Below are positions 36,492 to 48,302 of a stretch of 64,000 bases of DNA, one piece after another (the stretch's first letter is position 1; every line of letters begins with the position of its first letter). The translations under genes were made by a program, and so were the position numbers. This stretch comes from Pristiophorus japonicus (lineage: Eukaryota), in the NCBI RefSeq assembly GCF_044704955.1, contig NC_091990.1:110608001-110672000 (forward strand), in the 5' to 3' direction. Below the pieces are notes generated by a model. The model had not been told where the DNA came from. It did no database searches and was given only the letters and a program-made list of their open reading frames with translations.

Positions 36492-39050
36492 TGAGATGGG
36501 ATGATATGTTAGAGGGGTCATCAAACGAAGCCATATGGGTTAAAATTGAAGAACAAAAAAGGGGCGATCACACTACTAGGAGTGTACTATAAGCAGTCAG
36601 AGGGAGATAGAAGAACAAATATGTGGGCAAATTGTCGTGAAGTGCAAAAACTAGAGAGCTGTAATAGGGGGAATTTCAACTACCCTAATATTAACTGGGA
36701 AAAAAAGCAGTGTGAATGGTAGAGGATGTGGAATTGCTAAAATTCATTCAGGAGAACTTCTTTAGCCAGTATGTGACAAGACCAACAAGGGAGGGGATGG
36801 TTCTGGACTTAGTTTTGGTGAATGAAGAGGGACAGGCAGAAGGGGCATCAGTGGGAGAGCATTTTGGTGCTAGTGACCATAATTCAGTAAGATTTAGGGT
36901 AGTTATGGAAAAGGACAAAGGTGGACCAGGAAAAAAAGTACTCAATTGGGATAAAGCCAATTTTGCTGAGCGGAGATGGGATTTGGCCAAGGTGGACTGG
37001 AAACGGCTACTTCATGGTAAATCAGTGTCAGAGCAGTGGGAGGCATTCAAGGAGGAGATCCTGAGGGTACAGAGCAAGAATGTTTCCAAAAGAGTGGGCT
37101 AACAAATCTGGCGCTCCCTGGACATACAGGGAAGATAAAGAAAAAAAGGAAAGCTTATGACAGATACCGAGAACTCAATACTGCAGAAACTCTAGAGGAG
37201 TATAAGAAGTGCAGGGGTGCAATTAAAAAAGATATCAGGAAAGCAAAGAGAGAGCATGAAAGAATGTTAGCAAGTAAAATCAGGGAAAACCCAAAGATGT
37301 TTTATAAATACATTAAGAGCAAGAGGATAACTAGAGAAAGAGTGGGGCCTATTAGAGACCATAAAGGAAATGTGTGTGTGGAGGCAGAAGATGTGGGTAT
37401 GATTCTTAATGAATAATTTGCATTGGTTTTCACAAAAGAGATGGGCAATGCAGACTTTGCAATGAGAGAGGAGGAGCATGAAATATTAGATGAAATAAAC
37501 ATAGTGAGAGAGGAAGTTTTGAAAGTGGATAAATTCCCAGGCCCAGATGAAATGTATCCCAGGCTGTTAAGCGAAGCAAAAGAGGAAATAGCAGAGGCTC
37601 TGACAATCATTTTCCAGTCCTCGCTGGTTACAGGTGTGGTGGCAGAGGACTGGAGAATTGCTAATGTTATACCTTTGTTTAAAAAGGGAGAAAGGGATAG
37701 ACCGAGTAATTCAAGGCCAGTCAGCCTAACCTCAGTGGTGGGAAAATTATTGGAAAAAATCCTGAAGGGCAGGATAACTTTTCATTTGGAAAAATATGGA
37801 TTAATCAATGATAGTCAACATGGATTTGTCAAGGGAAGGTCATGTCTAAACTAACTTGATTTAATTTTTTGAGGAGGTAACCAGGAGGGGTGATGAGGGA
37901 AGTGGGTATGATGTAATGTATATGGATTTTAGAAAAGCTTTTGATAAGATTGGCCAAGGTGGACTGAAAAAGGCTACTTCATGGTAAATCAGTGTCAGAG
38001 CAGTGGGAGGCAATCAAGGAGGAGATACTGAGGGGGTACAGAGCAAAGCTGGCAGACTGGTCACAAAAGTAAAAGCGCATGGGATCCAGGGCAAAGTGGC
38101 AACTTGAATCCAAAATTGGCTCAGAGGCAGGAAGCAAAGGGTAATGGTTGATGGGTGTTTTTGTGACTTGAAGGCTGTATCCAGTGGGGTTCTACAGGGC
38201 TCAATGCTGGGTCCCTTGCTGTTTGTGGTATATATCAATGACTTGGACTTGAATGTTGGGGGTATGGTTAAGAAGTTTGCCGATGAACCTAAATTAGGCT
38301 GTGTGGTTGACAATGAAGAAGAAAGCTGCAGATTGCAGGAAGATATCAATGTACTGGCCAGGTGAGCAGAACAGTGGCAAATGGAATTCAATCCAGATAA
38401 TTGTGAGGTAATGCATTTGGGGAGCTCTAACAAGGCAAGGAAATGGTAGGATACTGAAAAGTGTATGCTTGACCTGTATAAAACACTGGTTAGATCGCAG
38501 CTGGAATACTGTGTGCAGTTCTGGTCACCACATTACAGGAAAGATGTGATTGCACTGGAAAGGGTGCAGAGGAGATTTGCAAGAATGTTGCCTGGACTGG
38601 AGAATGTTGGCTATGAGGAAAGATTGGAGATGCTGGGTCTTTTTTCTTTGGAACAGAGGAGGCTGAGGAGAGACCTGATTTGAGGTGTATAAAATTATGA
38701 GGGGCCTGGATAGAGTGGATAAGAACAGATCTGTTTCCCTTGGCAGAGGGGTCAATAACCAGGGAACATAGTGTTAAAGTAATTGGTAGGAGATTTAGAG
38801 GAGATATGAGGGGAAATTTCTTCACCCAGAGGGTTGTGGGAGTCTGGAACTCACTGCCTGAAAGGGTGGTAGAGGCAGAAACCGTCACCACATTTAAAAA
38901 ATACTTGGAGGTGCACTTGAAGTGCCACAACCTACAGGGTTATGGACCTAGACCTGGAAAGTGGGTTTAGGCTGGATAGCTCTTTGCCAGCCGGCACAGA
39001 CATGATGGGCTGAAATGGCATCCTTCCGAGCTGTAAACTTCTATGATTCT
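36492..39050 (+). mobile_element. CR1 LINE, ~2.55 kb decayed ORF2, nested in an older CR1 3' UTR (36440-36491 and 39051-39112)
   Basis: VLDLVL, ASDHN, SQHGFVKGRSCL, GSMLGPLLF..KFAD, FTQRVVGVWNSLP; (attctatg) tail. Confidence 0.95.
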
Positions 39051-39120
39051 ATGATCTTATTGAATGGCGGAGCAGGCTCGAGGGGTCAAATGCTCTTATT
39101 TTTTATGTTCTTGTGATCTA

Positions 39121-40045
39121 ATAAGTTGTATTTATACAGCGCCTTTAAATGTATTTAAAAAGTCCTAAGGCGCTTCACAGAAATATTATGCGATAAAAAA
39201 ATTGACGCCGAGGCGCACAAGTAGAAATTAGCGCCTTGGTCAAAGAGCTATGTTTTAAGGAGCATTTTGAAGGAGGAAAGAGACGTCAAGAGGATTAGGG
39301 AGGGAATTCCAGAGCTTGGGGCCCAGACAACAGAAGACAAGCCACCGATGGTTGAACGGTTATGATCAGGAATGCTGAAGAGGGCAGAATTAGAGGAGCG
39401 CAGATATCTGGGGTGGGGGGCGGAGGGGGAGCAGGGTTGTGGGGCTGGAGGAGATTGCAGAGCTAGGGAGGAGCAAGGCCATGGAGGGATTTTAAAACAA
39501 GGAAATAAGGATAAGAATTTTGAAATCGAGGCGTTGCTTAACCGGGAGCCAATGTAGGTCAGCAAGCACAGGGGTGATGGGTGAGCGGGACTTGGTGCGA
39601 GTTAGGACACGTGCAGCCTCTAGTTTACTTAGGGTAGAAGGTCGGTGGCCAGCCAGAGGTGCATTGGAATAGTCAAGTCTGGAGGTAACAAAGGCATGGA
39701 TGAGGGCTTCAGCAGCGAATGAGCTGAGGCAAGTGTGGAGACGGGCGATGTTACAGAGGTCGAAATAGGCGCTCTTAGTTATGCTGCGAATGTGTGGTCG
39801 AAAGCTCATTTCAGGGTCAAATATTTCAGCCTCAGACAGGAGTTGGGGAGAGGGGTGGAGTCTAGGGAACGGAATTTGTGGTGGAGACCAAAAATAATGG
39901 CTTCAGTCTTCCCAATATTCAATTGGAGAAAATTTCTACTCATCCAGAACTGGATGTCGGACAAGCAGTCAGACAATTGAGAGACCGTGGAGGGGTCGAG
40001 AGAAGTGGTAGTGAGGTAGAGCTGGGTGTCATCAGTGTACATGTA
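39121..40045 (-). mobile_element. L2 LINE 3' ~0.9 kb
   Basis: YTDDTQLYL, WMSRNFLQLNIGKTE, LIHAFVTSRLDYSN, ITPVLADLHWLPV. Confidence 0.95.
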
Positions 40046-40119
40046 GATCAGGAGCACCAAGCCAGATTGGGAAAAAGGAATTTACTACAGCATCCTATGG
40101 CACTCTTTTGAAGAACTCT

Positions 40120-40470
40120 TACATCGGATTACAGAGGATATATAGCACAGAAACAGGCCACTCGGTGTTTATGCTCCGCTCGAGCCTCCTGCTGTCTTTC
40201 CTCATCTAACTATCAGCATAACCCTCTATTCCCTTCTCCCTCGTGTGCTTGTCTAAGCTCCCCTTAAATGCATCGAGACTACAGGTATTCGCTTCAACCA
40301 CTTCCTGTGGTAGCAAGTTCCACATTCTCACCACTCTCTGGATAAAGAAGTTTCTTCTGAATTCCCTATTGGATTTCTTGGTGACTATCTTATATTGATG
40401 GCCCCTAGTTATGCTCTTCCCCATAAGTGGAAACATTCTCTCTCTATCTACTCTATCAAAACCTTTCATA
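40120..40470 (-). mobile_element. CR1 LINE 3' fragment
   Basis: KGFDRVDRERMFPL..RNFFIQRVVRMWNLLPQ. Confidence 0.88.
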
Positions 40471-41157
40471 ATTTTAAAGACCTCTTCTTCGAAATACTGT
40501 CATGGGATCTTTTACATCCACCCAATAGGGCAGACGTCTCATCCGAAAGATGGCACCTCCGACAGTGCAGCGCTCCCTCAGCACTGCACTGGAGTAGAGC
40601 ACGGTGTAGGGAAGACTCTGCTGCTCCTCCATAAGCAGCAGATAGCCCAAACCACAAGTGCCGTATTACATGCCTCGTATTTCAACTGCTCGAGGATTCT
40701 CAGTGCAGTAAAGAAGAAAAAAAGGGTTACTGAAACTGCATCATATCTCCTCGACAACAGAACCAATCCACTTTTTGATCTGGGCTCAGATCAAATAATA
40801 CGGCGAGCGCACTGGCTGTTTTTTTGTTTAAAAACAAAACAAAGTACTGCACAAATGAATTGCAACATGTTTCTAGTTATATTTGGATTTCAGCCAAGAG
40901 CAACTGTCACAAGGGCAGATATGCTACTGTAAATCAGCCAATGGGTTGATGAGCGTGCAAGATACAAGGACATTGGCCTGGAGTTTCCCCTCGGGCCATA
41001 ATCGGGAAAATGCACCCAGAATGTGCCGTTCTTTGCCGAGGTGAAGTTATGTCCAGGTTTCTGCTCAAACCTATTTGTGTCAGCCCAAACGGAAAATCTC
41101 CCACAAATCAGCGCAATTAAGCAGCGAAATGGAACAAAATCGACTATTGATCAGAAC

Positions 41158-41836
41158 TTCTTCTCTTACAGCAGTCCCTTGGTGTTCAGAATGACTTGCT
41201 TCCACAGAAATATGAGTTCTTAGGTGACTGAAGAGACCAATGCGGGACCTACAGTCTCTGTCACAGGTGGGGCAGACGATAGTTGAAGGGACGGGTGGGT
41301 GGGTGGGGAGCCTGGGTTGCCGCGCGCTCCTTCCGCTGTCGACGCTTGGCTTCAGCTTGCTCTCGGCGAAGAGACTCTTAAGTGTTCGGCGCCTTCCAGG
41401 ATGCTTCTCCTCTACTTTGGGCTGTCTTGAGGGATTCCCAGGTGTCGGTGGGGATGTTGCACTTCTTCAAGGAGGCTTTGGAGGGTGTCCTTGAAGAGTT
41501 TCCTCTGCCCACCTGGGACTCGCTTTCTGTGTCAGAGCTTGGAGTAGAACGCTTGTTTTGGGAGTCTAGTATCGGGCATGTGGACGATGTGGCCCATTCA
41601 TCGGAGTTGATCGAACATGGTCAATGCTTCAATACTGGGGATTTTGGCCTGAACGAGGACATGGATGTTGGTGCGTCTGTCCTGCCAATGGATTTGCAGG
41701 ATCTTGCGGAGGCAGCGTCGGTGGTACTTCTCCAGTGCTTTGAGGTGCTTGCTGTACATGATCCATGTCGCTGAAGCATATAGGAGAGCGGGCATCACTA
41801 CTGCTCTGTAGACCATGAGCTTGGTGCCGGGTTTGA
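41158..41836 (-). mobile_element. RTE-clade LINE 3' fragment
   Basis: MVYRAVVMPALLYASATW..HRRCLRKILQIHWQDRRTN..IPSIEAL. Confidence 0.93.
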
Positions 41837-41947
41837 CCGGAACGTGGCCACGGTGACTGAATTAAACAGAAAATGTGCTCAAGTAATCGCGTCAGCTAAA
41901 GAAACAAGCCAATCAGCAGTTTAAATTGACTGCCGATCACGGGTGGT

Positions 41948-42308
41948 GTGGACCTCGCCCCTCCCCATCACTGTAATCGCCTCCAGCTTCCACAACCCTC
42001 CGAGATGCCTACGCTTCTCCAATTCTGTCCTCTTGTGCATCCCCGATTTCCATTGTTCCACCATCGGTGGCCGTGCTTTCAGTTGCCAAGGCACCAAGCT
42101 CTGGAATTCCCTCCCCAAACCTCTTCACCTCTCTACTCCTCCTTTAAGATTATCCTTAAACCCTACTTCTCTGACCAAGATTTTGGTCACCTGCCCTAAT
42201 ATCTCCTTATGTGGCTCGGTGTCAAATTTGAGTGGATAGACACTTCCATGAAGCGATGTGGGGTGTTTTACGAACTTAAAGGTGCAATATAACCGCAGGT
42301 GGTTGTTT
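41948..42308 (+). mobile_element. L2 LINE 3' fragment
   Basis: IPDFHCSTIGGRAFS..KLWNSLP; L2 tail. Confidence 0.88.
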
Positions 42309-42599
42309 TAGTCAATTGACTGAATTTGAGCTAATCTAAACTGAATTTAAAGTAATTTAAATTAAATCGCTGCAACAGTTTGAGAAACAACCCCGAGTGA
42401 AGATTCAACTGACCGCTCATTCACACTGGGTGAATGTAACCATGGGTGCCTGTGCACCCGCGATTCTGGGCGCAATGTGCCGAACACCCCCAAGCGGGCA
42501 CAACCGCCGCAACTTTGCCATGCCAACCTGGGGGCGTGGCCAGTATTGTAGGCGGGGACTGCTTCAGGCGAAATGAGTTTTGAACTATTGTAACCCGAT

Positions 42600-42925
42600 C
42601 ACGTGGAGAGGCAAGAGAAGCTGGGATTGTTCTCCTTAGAGCAGAGAAGGTTAAGGGGAGGTTTAATAGAGTTGTTCAAAATCATGAAGAGTTTTGACAA
42701 AGAGAGAGAAATTCTTTCCAGTGGCAGGAGGGTCGGTAACCAGAAGACACAGATTGAAGGTAATTGGCAAAAGAACCAGAGGTGACATGAGGAGAATCTT
42801 TCTTAAGCAGCGAGTTGTGGTGATCTGGAACGCGCTATTTGAAAGGTTGGTGGAAGCAGATTCAATAGTAACTTTCAAAAGGGAATTGGATGGAGACTGG
42901 AAGGGGAAGAATTGCAGGGCTGTGG
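42600..42925 (+). mobile_element. CR1 LINE 3' fragment
   Basis: KLGLFSLEQRRLRG; QRVVVIWNAL. Confidence 0.88.
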
Positions 42926-43110
42926 GGAAAGAAGGAGGGAATAGTTTCTCCCTATTTACTCTCATCAAAATACTTCATGATATTGACCACCTCAATTAAA
43001 TTGTTGTCCCTGGTATTTCTAGTTGATCTCATCTGCACCCTTTCCAAGGCCTTTGATAGCAGCTTTCATTTAGAAAGATGCCCCAAGGTGCTTCAGAGGA
43101 GCATTGTAGA

Positions 43111-44155
43111 GAACGGAAGCATAGTAGTTATGTTATTGGACTAGTAATCTAGAGGCCTGGACTAATGATCCCGAGGCACGAGTTCAAGTCCCACCAATTG
43201 GGGAATTTAAATTCGGTTAATGAAATATATCTGGATTTAAAAAGCTAATATCAGTAATGGTGACCATGAAACTACCGGATTGTCGTAAAAACCCAGCTGG
43301 TTCACTAATGTTCTTTATGGAAGGAAACCTGCTGCCCTTACCCTGTCTGGCCTATATCTGACTCCAGACCCACATCATCATCATCATCATCATAGGCAGT
43401 CACTCGAAATCGAGGAAGACTTGCTTCCATTCTAAAAGTGAGTTCTCAGGTGACTGTACAGTCCAATATGGGAATTACGTCTCTGTCACAGGTGGGACAG
43501 ACAGTGGTTGAAGGAAAGGGTGGGCGGGGAGACTGGTTTGCCGCACACTCCTTCCGCTGCACACTCCTTCCGCTGCCTGCGCTTGTTTTCTGCATGCTCT
43601 CGGCGATGAGACTCTAGGTGCTCAGCGCCCTCCCGGATGCTCTTCCTCTACTTATGGCGGTCTTTGGCCAGGGATTCTCAGGTGTCGGTGGGGATGTTGC
43701 ACTTTATCAAGGAAGCTTTGAGGGTATCCTTGAAACAGTTCCTCTGCCCATCTGGGGTTCGCTTGCCATGTAGGAGTTCCGAGTAGAGCGCTTGCTTTGG
43801 GAGTCTTGTGTCGGGCATGCGGACAATGTGGCCGCCCAACGGAGCTGGTCGAGTGTGGTCAGTGCTTCGATGCTGGGGTTGTTGGTCTGATCAAGAACAG
43901 TGACGTTGGTGCGTCTATCCTCCCAGAGGATTTGCAGGATCTTGCGGAGACATCGTTGGTGGTATATCTCCAGCGACTTAAGGTGTCTACTGTATATGGT
44001 CCACAGCAATATGGTTGACTCTTAACTGCCCACTGAAATGGCCGAGCAAGCCACTGAGTTGTCTCACCACCACCTTCTCAAGGGCAATTAGGGATGGGCA
44101 ATAAATGTTGACCTCACCAGCGACGCCCACATCCTGTGAACTAATTTTTAAAAAA
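43111..44155 (+). mobile_element. Second tRNA-derived SINE family, split by an RTE insertion
   Basis: 43111-43374 and 44001-44155 join at gactccagacccaca|gcaatatggttgactc. Confidence 0.88.
43375..44000 (-). mobile_element. RTE-clade LINE, 5'-truncated, with TSD
   Basis: WTIYSRHLKSLEIYHQRCLRKILQILWEDRRTN; (gat)n tail; CCACA duplicated at 43370-43374 and 44001-44005. Confidence 0.95.
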
Positions 44156-44370
44156 TGAAGCAAAATCTGATGCTGAGCCACATAAGGAGATATCAGGACA
44201 TACTTGGTCAAAGAGGTAGGTTTTCAAAGGAGTGTCTTAAAGGAGGAGAGAGAGACAGAGGGGTTTAGGGAGTAAATTCCAGAGCTTGGGGCCCAGGCAG
44301 CTGAAGGCACGGCCGCCAATGTTGGAGTGACGAATACTGGGGATGTGCAAGAGGCCAGAATTGGAGGATG
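44155..44370 (-). mobile_element. L2 LINE 3' fragment
   Basis: Homologous to 25359-25560 and 33790-34000. Confidence 0.8.
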
Positions 44371-44636
44371 ATCAGGTTAATTGATACTTTTTCAAAGGGT
44401 TATTAGAGCATCAGAAACTTTAGCATAAGTGGCTGCTGAGGCAGAGGTGACATTGTTTAAATCCCCTTGTAAGAGTATAAAAAGCTAAGTGGAAAGAGCA
44501 GGGATTAGAGTGGACACCTCCAGTTTAAGAACTAGTAGCAGTCCAGGCAAAATTGGACAAATGGAATCCTCCTGTGCTGTCATTTCTATTAAACCCTCAA
44601 TTATGTTGTCGCCACACAACTCATTCTTGGGTGTCA

Positions 44637-45190
44637 GAGTCATAGATTAATACAGCACAGAAGGAGGCCATTCAACCCAACAAGTCTATGCAGGCTCTTT
44701 CGAAGAGCAAACTAATCAGTCCCACTCCCCGCTCTTTCCCCATATCCCTGAAATGTTTTCTCCTTGAAGTATTTCTGCTATCCACTTTTGAAGGCTGCTA
44801 TTGAATCTGCATCCACCACCCTATCATGCAGTGCGTTCAAAACCCTAACCACTCATTGTGTAAAGAAGTTTTTCCTCATGTCGCCTCTGATTCTTTTACC
44901 AATCGCCTTAAATCTGTGGCCTCTGGTACTTGACCCTTCAGCCGTTGGAAACTGTTTGTCTTTATTTACTCTATCTAAACCCTTCGTGATTTTGAACACC
45001 TCTATCAAATTTCCTCGTAGCCTTCTCTGCTCCAAAGAGAACAAACCTAGCTTCTCCAGTCTATCCGCGTAACTGAAGTCCCTCATCCCTGGAACATTCC
45101 AGTAAATCTCCTCTGTACCCTCTCCAAAGCCTCATGTCCTACCTAAACCATGGTGCCCAGGATTGGACACAATACTCCAGCTGGGGCCAA
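44637..45190 (-). mobile_element. CR1 LINE 3' fragment
   Basis: DRLEKLGLFSLEQRRLRGNLIEVFKI..MRKNFFTQ. Confidence 0.9.
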
Positions 45191-45864
45191 AGAAAATTGG
45201 ATTAACCACTCATCCCATTTCCTGCTTAAATAAAATATCCAACACCCTCACGTACAATAGCCACTGCCTTTCAAGGTAATTCATTGCACGTGAAGCGCTT
45301 TAAAACATTTGTGAAATGCAGTCAGCTGCTATACAGATTCAAGTTTGCAGGATCATCAAGATTTGTTTGAGATTTGAATAGATCAAATTACTAGAACCCA
45401 AGACCAAAAACACCAGTTTTGTGTCAGCGAACTTGTGACTGGATATTCTTGTCACAACATCACATGACCAGTAATTGAGTGACTGTGGGGTTAAACTAAA
45501 TCATTCTGCTGGGCGCCTCATCATTCCTGAATACAAACTAGCTACAATTACATCTCCAATGTCAAGGTACTCACCTTGCACACACACACATACAGTCCCC
45601 CTCCCTCACACCCTCGGGTCCCCTCTCCCTGGTTTTCAGAGCTCGCAGTGTAGGTGAGCGCATTAATTTTGGAATAATGTGTGAATTTGTCCATAGAATA
45701 CTGACACTGTACCCCGGGCCCCCCCCGGCTCCAGCACCAGCTCGCTGCTCTCCATGCACAGGCTCTGCTGTGCTTTATCCGCTCTCTCTTCAACCACTCA
45801 CACTCTGGTCGTTGCTTCTTTACTAGTGAGCACATGTATTCTGACCTAGTGTTACTGCGCAAGA

Positions 45865-46980
45865 CCAAGAGATCAAGGGGTTGGGGGTAATGTATTAGCA
45901 TGGTTATAGGTTTAGCGTGGACAGAGAAAACAGAGAGTCGGGATAAATGGGTCATTTTCAAGTGGGCAAACTGTAACTAGTGGGGTGCCACAGGGATCAG
46001 TGCTGGGGCCTCAACTATTTACAATTTATGACTTGGATGAAGGGACCGAGTGCAATGTAGCCAAATTTGCTGATGATACAAAGATGGGTGGGAAAGCAAG
46101 TTGTGAGGAGGCCGTAAAGAATCTACAAAGGGATTATAGATAGGCTCAGTGAATGGGCAAAAATTTGACAGATGGAGTATATGTGGGAAAATGTGAGTTT
46201 ATCCACTTTGGTAGGAAAAATAAAAAAGCAAATTACTATTTAAATGGAGAGAGATTATAAAATGCTGCGGTACAGAGGGATCTGGGCATTCTTGTACATA
46301 AAACAAAAAAAGTTAGTATGCAGGTACAGCAAGTAATTAGTAAGGCAAATGGAATGTTGGCCTTTATTGCAAGGGGGATAGAGTATAAAAGCAGGGAAGT
46401 CCTGCCCCAAATGTACAGGGTATTGGTGAGGCCACACCTGGAGTACTGCGTACAATTTTGATCTCCTTATTTAAGGAGGGATATACTTGCATTGGAGGCT
46501 GTTCTGAGAAGGTTCACTAGGTTGATTCCTGAGATGAAGGGGTTGTCATATGAAGAAAGGTTAAGCCGGTTGGGCCTATACTCATTGGAGTTTAGAAGAA
46601 TAAGAGGTGATCTTATTGTAACATATATGGGGGCCTGACAGGGTAGATGCAGAGAGGATGTTTCCACTCATGGAGGAATCCAGAACTAGTTTCAGAATAA
46701 GAAATCGCCCATTTAAGATGGAAAATGGGAGGAATTTTTCTCTGAGGGTTGTAAATTTTTGGAATTCTCTACCTCAAGGAGCTGTGGAGGCTGGGTCATT
46801 GAATATACTTAAGGCAGAGATGGACAGATTTTTGAACGATGAGAGAGTCAAGGGTTATGGGAAGCCAGCAGGGATGTGGAGTTTAGGCCAGGATCAGATC
46901 AGCTATGATCTTATTGAATGGCGGAGTAGGCTCGAGGGACCAAATGGCCTACTCCTGCTCCTATTTCTTATGTTCTTATG
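45865..46980 (+). mobile_element. CR1 LINE 3' ~1.1 kb, decayed
   Basis: [30 protein letters not shown]; (ttcttatg) tail. Confidence 0.93.
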
Positions 46981-46983
46981 TGT

Positions 46984-47229
46984 CCCGACCTCGCTGCTGG
47001 TCCTCTGGTTTCGATCTCACTGCTGGTCCTGTGTTGTACCTTCCCTGGGCCCCGACCTCACTGCTGGCCGGGCTGTACCTTCCCTGGGCCCTGACCTCAC
47101 TGCTGGTCCGTGCTGTACCTTCCCTGAGCCCCGACCTCACTGCTGGTCCGTGTTGTACCTTCCCTGGGCCCTGACCTCACTGCTGGTCCGTGCTGTACCT
47201 TCCCTGAGCCCCGACCTCACTGCTGGTCG
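46984..47229. repeat. 40-bp minisatellite, ~6 copies (CCGACCTCACTGCTGGTCCGTGCTGTACCTTCCCTGGGCC)
   Basis: Unit starts at 47091, 47131, 47171 and 47211. Confidence 0.93.
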
Positions 47230-48051
47230 CTCCGTCGGATTTAGAAATGGAGCCGAATCGCCGTGTTGGAGACCAGCAACGAGGTCGGGGTTACTTAATT
47301 GTGCTTACGTTGTAGGAAGAAGAGTAGGCCATTCAGCCCATCGAGCCTGTTCCGCCATTCAATGAGATGATGGCTGATCTGTAACCCAACTCCATTTACC
47401 TACCTTTTCTCCTCATCACTTGATGCACACGAAAGGCCATTCAGCCCCTCGAGATCTGTTCTGCCATTCAACTCCAGGTACCCAGTCTTGAACATTTCAT
47501 GTAACCACCTCCCACCCCCCCTCCCAGCATCCACAAACTTTTATGGGGCGGGGGAAAGAGAGTTCAGGATTCCCGACTACCCTGTGTGGGGAAAACGTGC
47601 ATTCGGTCTCATTGAAACAGAGGAACATTTTTGCTCGTTTGAAGGGTAAGAGGACTCCTTTGTGCTGCACAGCAAGTAAGTCCTTGGGCGAGCGAGAGGC
47701 TGATAATGGAGATGTTTTTCTGGCACGATAAGAGACACACACGAGTAAGTTGTTAACTGGAGCAGGGTGTGTGCAAGGAGCCAGTCTCAACTGCTGAGCA
47801 CACACCAGTGTTCTTGCATGAGCATGTCATGCGTCCAAGATCACTGCCAACCAACACCCTTTATGGAACACAATGCCACTCTGTTCCAGGGCCCGTTCTC
47901 AGCGCGAGTACTTACTAAAGCACAAATTATCTTCTCCACATGAAAACAGCCATTTACGAGGGTTTTAAAGATAAAACTCTCAAACCTTAGTGTTTCAGAC
48001 AAACAGTAACGGCACAGTGAGTTTGCTTTGAACAAGAGAAAAAAAAGAACG

Positions 48052-48302
48052 AGCTTGCATTTATATAGTGCTATTCATCACCTCAGGACTCTTGAAGCGC
48101 TTTACAGACAGTACAGTACTTTGTTTGAAGTGTAGTCACTGTCATAATATAGGAATCGCGACAGCCAATTTGTGCACAGCAAGCTCCCACAGACAGCACC
48201 GTGATAATGACCAGATCATCTTGTTTTTTTTTTTTAAAGTGATGATCGTTGAGGGATAAATATTAGCCCCAGTATATCAGGGAGAACTCCCTGCTCCTCT
48301 TG
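48052..48302 (-). mobile_element. Deu-domain SINE 3' half, interrupted by CR1 (remainder at ~50965-51020)
   Basis: Ends at gggagaactccctgctcctct; resumes after the CR1 tail as gccatgggatcttt...cctcggtttaa. Confidence 0.85.

Noticed and set aside
40974-41155. Possible left end of another Harbinger-like element (ggcctggagtttccc); similar at ~63065
   Set aside because: No matching right TIR or TSD could be identified by eye.
46984-47229. CRISPR-like regular repeat
   Set aside because: Contiguous tandem units without unique spacers, no cas genes, vertebrate context.
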